The position numbers and the translations under genes were made by a program. This document shows positions 59,081 through 64,000 of a DNA stretch of 64,000 bases, piece by piece. The stretch spans positions 161,538 through 225,537 of the forward strand of contig CAYGJY010000002.1 of NCBI GenBank assembly GCA_964350645.1, given 5' to 3'. The first letter of the stretch is position 1; each line of letters opens with the position of its first letter. The stretch is from an uncultured Candidatus Saccharibacteria bacterium (GTDB taxonomy: Bacteria > Patescibacteriota > Minisyncoccia > Phycocordibacterales > UBA918). Below the pieces are notes generated by a model. That model searched no databases and had not been told where the DNA came from. It saw nothing but the letters and a program-made list of their open reading frames with translations.

Positions 59081-59347
59081 GGTGGGGATATTTGTGTTCC
59101 TGCTGAGTATCAGCCAGGCGGCGTTACTGCCGCCAATTGGGCATTCTAGTACTCCGATACATCCCAGTTCTTCAGCTGAGACAAGCATTTCAGCTTGCGT
59201 GCCACGTTTAAGTTTTTGATGTTCTCCGTTTTTAAGCAGTGCAAAGAATGCGTTGACGAAGTTGAAAGTTTCTTTATTCAATTCCGTGTGCAGCCTGCAC
59301 CCAAGTTCTGCAAGGATGAGCATGACTGTATTGTGCGGTATCTCCAT
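59075..59347 (-). CDS. Hypothetical protein (90 aa)
   Basis: AGGAGG SD. Confidence 0.65.
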   Translation of the reverse strand: MEIPHNTVMLILAELGCRLHTELNKETFNFVNAFFALLKNGEHQKLKRGTQAEMLVSAEELGCIGVLECPIGGSNAAWLILSRNTNIPTK

Positions 59348-59575
59348 CGGAGCCTCCTATTTTGCATGTGAACCATAAACCCTTGCAAAGCGCAACAAAA
59401 TCCGTATACTACCGGGAGCTTACTAAAGACCTATGTTCGGTGATGGCTCGCTTGCGAGCTTGAGAACCAATGGGCAGAAATCGCGCCGTTTTGCGTGCGA
59501 GCATTCTGCTCGCGTCAAAACGGCGCGATTTCTCATTTGAGGTCTAATAAGCAAATTATTAGATAAGGTTACAGA

Positions 59576-60196
59576 ATGAAATTCATTTTAGGAACCAAGG
59601 CAGGGATGACCCAAGTTTTTGACGAACAAGGAGTCGCTTTCCCAGTAACGCTATTGCGTGTGCCGAAGACCATCGTAACGGCTGTGAAAACAGTTGAGAA
59701 AGATGGTTACGAGGCGGTGCAGGTAGCAGCTGGTGAACAAAAAGAGTCTCGTGTTGCGAAAGCAACTCGAATCGGACTCGGCGGCGCGTACCAATTCGTG
59801 CAAGAATTTCGTCCCCGCAAAACCCAAAGTGAGTCAATCGACGGGATCGAAAAAGGGGCTGAGTTTGACGCTTCAGTTTTTACTGCAGGCGACACGGTTA
59901 CCGTTTCAGCAATCTCGAAAGGAAAAGGCTTCCAAGGGGTAGTAAAGCGTCATAACTTTGCTGGAGACAAGGCGTCACACGGACGCAAACACTCTGGACG
60001 TTCACCAGGTTCAATTGGAGCAACTGGACCAGCTCGAGTTTTCAAAGGAAAGAAGATGGCTGGACGAATGGGAACTGATCGGGTAACGGTCAAGAATCTT
60101 ATGGTTGTCCAAGTTAATCCAGAAGAAAATATTCTGCTTATTAAAGGAGCAGTCCCCGGTCGAAAAGGAACATTAGTAGAGGTTCGTAGCGCATAA
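59576..60196 (+). CDS. rplC: 50S ribosomal protein L3
   Basis: GKGFQGVVKRH and GKKMAGRMG motifs. Confidence 0.98.
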   Translation: MKFILGTKAGMTQVFDEQGVAFPVTLLRVPKTIVTAVKTVEKDGYEAVQVAAGEQKESRVAKATRIGLGGAYQFVQEFRPRKTQSESIDGIEKGAEFDASVFTAGDTVTVSAISKGKGFQGVVKRHNFAGDKASHGRKHSGRSPGSIGATGPARVFKGKKMAGRMGTDRVTVKNLMVVQVNPEENILLIKGAVPGRKGTLVEVRSA

Positions 60197-60198
60197 GT

Positions 60199-60882
60199 AT
60201 GGAAACAACAGTATTCACACAAGCTGGTAAAGAATCAGGCAAAGTCACTCTACCCGAAACGGTATTTGGTGTCGCTTGGAATCCTGATCTAGTTCATGAG
60301 GTCGTTGTTTCTATGACAAGCAACGCACGGACAAGTACTGCTCACACCAAAGATCGAAGTGAAGTACGCGGTGGTGGACGAAAGCCATGGCGACAGAAGG
60401 GAACTGGTCGCGCGCGACATGGTTCTCGACGTTCACCGATTTGGACTGGTGGAGGAGTTACGTTCGGCCCTCGAAACGAAAAAGATTATTCAAAGAAGAT
60501 CAATAAGAAAGTGCGAGCGAAAGCTCTCGCGAGTACATTGTCAAAGAAGCACGCTGACGGGGAAGTTCTTTTCCTCGATGCACTGAACTTTGATGGGCCA
60601 AAAACCGCTGAAGCAAAAGTTGCTATTAAAGCAATTGCAACTGGTAGCAAGCGAGATGATATGGCAACAAAGCGCAAGAACGCTGCTTTGATTGTTCTTT
60701 CAGAACGAAATGAAGCGGTTGAGAAAAGCTTCCAAAACTTTGGCAACGTCCTCGTTGCTCAAGTAAAAGATATCAACCCGGTTGATCTTCTTACCTACAA
60801 GTATGTTGTGGTAACAGAACCAGCAAAGGCCCTAGAAACCCTAGTGTCACGTATTGGTACTACAGCTAAGTCAGAAAAATAA
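60199..60882 (+). CDS. rplD: 50S ribosomal protein L4
   Basis: KPWRQKGTGRARHG motif. Confidence 0.98.
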   Translation: METTVFTQAGKESGKVTLPETVFGVAWNPDLVHEVVVSMTSNARTSTAHTKDRSEVRGGGRKPWRQKGTGRARHGSRRSPIWTGGGVTFGPRNEKDYSKKINKKVRAKALASTLSKKHADGEVLFLDALNFDGPKTAEAKVAIKAIATGSKRDDMATKRKNAALIVLSERNEAVEKSFQNFGNVLVAQVKDINPVDLLTYKYVVVTEPAKALETLVSRIGTTAKSEK

Positions 60883-60883
60883 C

Positions 60884-61270
60884 ATGCCTTTATTTGGAAA
60901 AAAGAAAGACGCTGACAGCGCTGCCCCGAAAGAGACTGCAGAGGTAACTAAGAAAGTTGCTCCAAAGAGCACTGCTTTGGTTACTGATCGCAACCTTTCA
61001 TCAGTCATCATCAAACCACGGATAACTGAAAAGGCAGTGAAGCAAGGTGAACGCAATGTGTATACATTTGTCGTTCGCCAAGATGCGACTAAGTTTGACA
61101 TCCGTGACGCCATCAAGGCGCACTATGGAGTCACTCCAGTCAAAGTGCATACCGTGACCCAGACACCCCGACAAGTTATGTCGCGGAGTAAAGGTCGCAA
61201 AATTGCGCAAAAGGGTTTGAAGAAAGCCTATGTGTACTTACAAGCCGGTGACTCAATTGAGCTCGCATAA
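60884..61270 (+). CDS. rplW: 50S ribosomal protein L23 with N-terminal extension
   Basis: PRITEKA and KKAYVYL motifs. Confidence 0.96.
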   Translation: MPLFGKKKDADSAAPKETAEVTKKVAPKSTALVTDRNLSSVIIKPRITEKAVKQGERNVYTFVVRQDATKFDIRDAIKAHYGVTPVKVHTVTQTPRQVMSRSKGRKIAQKGLKKAYVYLQAGDSIELA

Positions 61271-61284
61271 TCTAACTCAGATAT

Positions 61285-62148
61285 ATGAAAAAACTCAAAC
61301 CAACATCACCAGGCCGACGCGGGATGACCGTGATCGAGTACAAGAAGAAGCTCACGACAAACCAAAGTAACCCACATAAGTCACTTACGAAAGGTAAGCG
61401 CAGTACTGGTGGACGCAACTCACAAGGTCGCATCACTACCTGGTACCGTGGAGCTGGTAACAAGCGAAAGTATCGTGCAGTTGACTTTAAGTTCGACAAG
61501 AAAGATATTCCCGCTAAGATCGAAACAATCGAGTACGATCCATACCGATCAGGTTTTATTGCTCTTGTGTTGTATGCCGATGGTGAACGTCGGTACATCC
61601 TGGTGCCACAAGGTATGAAAGAAGGAGATACCTTCATTGTGTCTGAAACAGCGAAGACAACGACTGGTAACCGTTTGCCACTCGCAAAAATCCCACTCGG
61701 TACTTTTGTGTACGGGATTGAAACGAAGCCAAACGGCGGTGCGCGCATTGCTCGCTCAGCCGGTAACTACGCTGAAGTGGTAGCACATGACGCGGGGTAC
61801 ACCCAAGTCAAGATGCCATCAACTGAAATTCGTAAGATTCTCTCAAGCTGTTGGGCAACCATTGGTGAAGTATCAAACGAAGAACACCGATTGGTAACGA
61901 TTGGTAAAGCGGGGCGCGCTCGGCATATGGGACTTCGACCGAAGACTCGTGGAACTGCCAAGAACCCAGTTGACCACCCTCATGGAGGTGGAGAGCAAAA
62001 ATCCCCACGTGGTCATCGTCGGCAGCGAACCAAGCAAGGTCGCCCGACTGGTAAAGGTCAAAAGACCCGATCACCGAAGAAGTATTCCAACAAGCTTATC
62101 GTCCAACGACGAAAGCCAGGAAAATTGATGCAAGGTAACAAGAAGTAG
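61285..62148 (+). CDS. rplB: 50S ribosomal protein L2
   Basis: IEYDPYR and NPVDHPHGGGE motifs. Confidence 0.98.
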   Translation: MKKLKPTSPGRRGMTVIEYKKKLTTNQSNPHKSLTKGKRSTGGRNSQGRITTWYRGAGNKRKYRAVDFKFDKKDIPAKIETIEYDPYRSGFIALVLYADGERRYILVPQGMKEGDTFIVSETAKTTTGNRLPLAKIPLGTFVYGIETKPNGGARIARSAGNYAEVVAHDAGYTQVKMPSTEIRKILSSCWATIGEVSNEEHRLVTIGKAGRARHMGLRPKTRGTAKNPVDHPHGGGEQKSPRGHRRQRTKQGRPTGKGQKTRSPKKYSNKLIVQRRKPGKLMQGNKK

Positions 62149-62211
62149 CCAAGCAAAAAATAAACACAAAAGGCCGGCCCCGTAGGGGCCGGCCTTTTGT
62201 GTTTAATTTAT

Positions 62212-62532
62212 TCAAACCCCGGGCTTTCTGGTTCGTTCTTTGAATTCAAAGAGTTTGAGTTTTTTGTCTTCCTGTAGTTGCTGGAAAATTTGTGGAGCGG
62301 GTGAGGTTGTATGAACAGCGACTTTCTGGGCTGACTGGCCGGAAATGAGAAGCTCCATACCAGCGGTGGTATAGGTGGCCGTAACATGGCGCGCGCCGCC
62401 CCGGCGGCGCGCGCCCGTACGAATTTCACCGGGAGCGATCATTTTTACTCCGGGAAGCTTTTTTAGAACCTGCACCACTAAAGCAGCGGTCTCAGTTAGA
62501 GTAGTATGTTCGTTTCCTCGGGGTTTTGGCAT
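62212..62532 (-). CDS. DUF2103-like protein
   Basis: HTTL..IAPGEI..GMELLISGQSAQKV. Confidence 0.65.
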   Translation of the reverse strand: MPKPRGNEHTTLTETAALVVQVLKKLPGVKMIAPGEIRTGARRRGGARHVTATYTTAGMELLISGQSAQKVAVHTTSPAPQIFQQLQEDKKLKLFEFKERTRKPGV

Positions 62533-62577
62533 GAGTGAACCTTACCACACTTCTGTATCACGCAGTCTAGAAAACCA

Positions 62578-62859
62578 TTGACACTCCTATATATTTCGCG
62601 TAGTATTTGCGCGTTCCCAACCTCAGTGTTCTAAAAGCCTGGCAGCCGATAGAACACAAACCAAATAAGAAATCCCAGGTAGTTGGCCGTTAACCAGCCC
62701 TGGATCAAAGATTTCGGACAGAAAGCACAATAGTGGTGCTTTTTATTAGTTAATGGAGTTCAGCGAAACGTTAGAGTGCGTGTTCCAGGAATTCGCCCTA
62801 GGAATGGGGCGAATTCGGAACTAAATTCTGAATAGTCGTTACACTCCTTTCATCATTTA
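62578..62859 (+). promoter_or_regulatory. rpsS promoter and ~250-nt structured leader
   Basis: TTGACA-17-TAGTAT followed by several hairpins. Confidence 0.75.
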
Positions 62860-63189
62860 ATGTCACGATCACTACACAAAGGACCAAACGTTGACGAACG
62901 TCTTCTGAAGAAGATTGCTGGTAAGAAGCCAGTCGATTTCAAGGAGCCGATCAAAGTTTGGAACCGCGCCGCAGTCATCTCTCCAGAAATGGTTGGCTTT
63001 ACCTTTGGCGTGCACAACGGCAAAGAACACAAGCCAGTTACACCATCAGAAGAAATGGTTGGTCATAAACTCGGTGAGTTTTCAGAAACTACCCGATTCT
63101 GGCGTCATGGAGGTAAGATGCAGAAAGAACTTGATCAGAAGAAGAAAGAAGCTGAAATTTCAGCTGCTAAAGCTGCTAAGGCTGCCTAA
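62860..63189 (+). CDS. rpsS: 30S ribosomal protein S19
   Basis: MSRSLHKGP and [10 protein letters not shown] motifs. Confidence 0.98.
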   Translation: MSRSLHKGPNVDERLLKKIAGKKPVDFKEPIKVWNRAAVISPEMVGFTFGVHNGKEHKPVTPSEEMVGHKLGEFSETTRFWRHGGKMQKELDQKKKEAEISAAKAAKAA

Positions 63190-63194
63190 GTATT

Positions 63195-63512
63195 ATGAAA
63201 GCAGTACTAAAAAATTACCGCCAATCACCTCGTAAAGTCCGCCTTGTGGCTGATCTCGTGCGAGGTAAGAAGGTGAAGGATGCTCTCAACACGTTACGGT
63301 TTGTTGATAAGCGAGCATCAGAGCCGTTTGCGAAGGTTATCAAGTCAGCGCTGGCTAACGCCACTGACAAAGGTGTCAACGCAGATACACTCAAAATTAC
63401 AAAGGTCACTGTCGATAAGGGCCCAACGTACAAGCGCATGATGCCACGAGCTCGTGGTAGCGCTTCACGGATTAATAAGCGTAATAGCCACATCACTGTG
63501 GAACTTGGATAG
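63195..63512 (+). CDS. rplV: 50S ribosomal protein L22
   Basis: [10 protein letters not shown] and PRARG motifs. Confidence 0.98.
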   Translation: MKAVLKNYRQSPRKVRLVADLVRGKKVKDALNTLRFVDKRASEPFAKVIKSALANATDKGVNADTLKITKVTVDKGPTYKRMMPRARGSASRINKRNSHITVELG

Positions 63513-63514
63513 AT

Positions 63515-64000
63515 ATGACACACGTAGCACATCCATACGTTCAGCGTATTGGCATCAACCGAGACTGGCGGAGTCGCTGGTTTGCCGGTGATAAGAAAAA
63601 ATTCCGAGAGTATCTCCGCACCGACGCAGCGATCCGTAAGCTCCTTGAAAAAAAGCTCAAGGGTATGTCGATCGATGCAATTGAAATCGAGCGTGATGAA
63701 AAGGCATTACGCATTCTCGTGAAGACCTCACGACCAGGATTGGTCATTGGTCGGAGCGGAGAAGGGGCGGTTACTCTGAAGAAGGAGGTAGATATGCTTC
63801 TGCGTACTCTCAAGCTTTCAGAGAAGCCTGATATCAAAATCGATATTGAAGAAATTCGTTCACCAGAATCATCAGCCGCGATTGTTGGCCAGATGATTGT
63901 TGAGGGACTTGAGAAACGATTTCCGTTTCGCCGTGTTCTTAAACAAACTGTTGAAAAAGTCATGGCTAACCGTGACGTCGAAGGAGTGCGTATCATTCTT
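63515..64000 (+). CDS. rpsC: 30S ribosomal protein S3, 3'-truncated by the window edge
   Basis: Translated by hand: MTHVAHPYVQRIGINRDWRSRWF...RPGLVIGRSG. Confidence 0.96.
   Translation, partial: MTHVAHPYVQRIGINRDWRSRWFAGDKKKFREYLRTDAAIRKLLEKKLKGMSIDAIEIERDEKALRILVKTSRPGLVIGRSGEGAVTLKKEVDMLLRTLKLSEKPDIKIDIEEIRSPESSAAIVGQMIVEGLEKRFPFRRVLKQTVEKVMANRDVEGVRIIL

Overview
Chromosomal window from a reduced-genome bacterium, most likely Patescibacteria/CPR (Parcubacteria-like). This is inferred from a trigger factor lacking its FKBP domain, a DUF5667-like protein, type IV pilus genes with a split ComEC, many leaderless genes, and no amino-acid biosynthesis operon in the window. Content is mostly housekeeping: rny, clpP, tig, ppaC, nusA, pilB/pilC/minor pilins, tpiA, pgk, recJ, rnhA, comEC, sod, tRNA-Gly and a fragmented str/S10 ribosomal cluster, interspersed with orphan genes. 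I saw no CRISPR array, transposase or prophage. The main finding is three unannotated leaderless leader-peptide transcription attenuators within 4 kb. One has eight Leu/Val/Ile codons (1915-2028), one has four Met codons (5544-5473) and one has Tyr/Phe/Trp codons (5618-5698). Each has a promoter, an antiterminator and a terminator. They sit upstream of orphan genes and a DUF62 SAM-hydrolase-family gene rather than biosynthetic operons. The second finding is a roughly 350-nt highly structured stand-alone non-coding RNA candidate beside a TrpR/YerC-family regulator that is flanked by three copies of an 18-bp palindromic operator. All structures were paired by eye; no folding software or database search was run.
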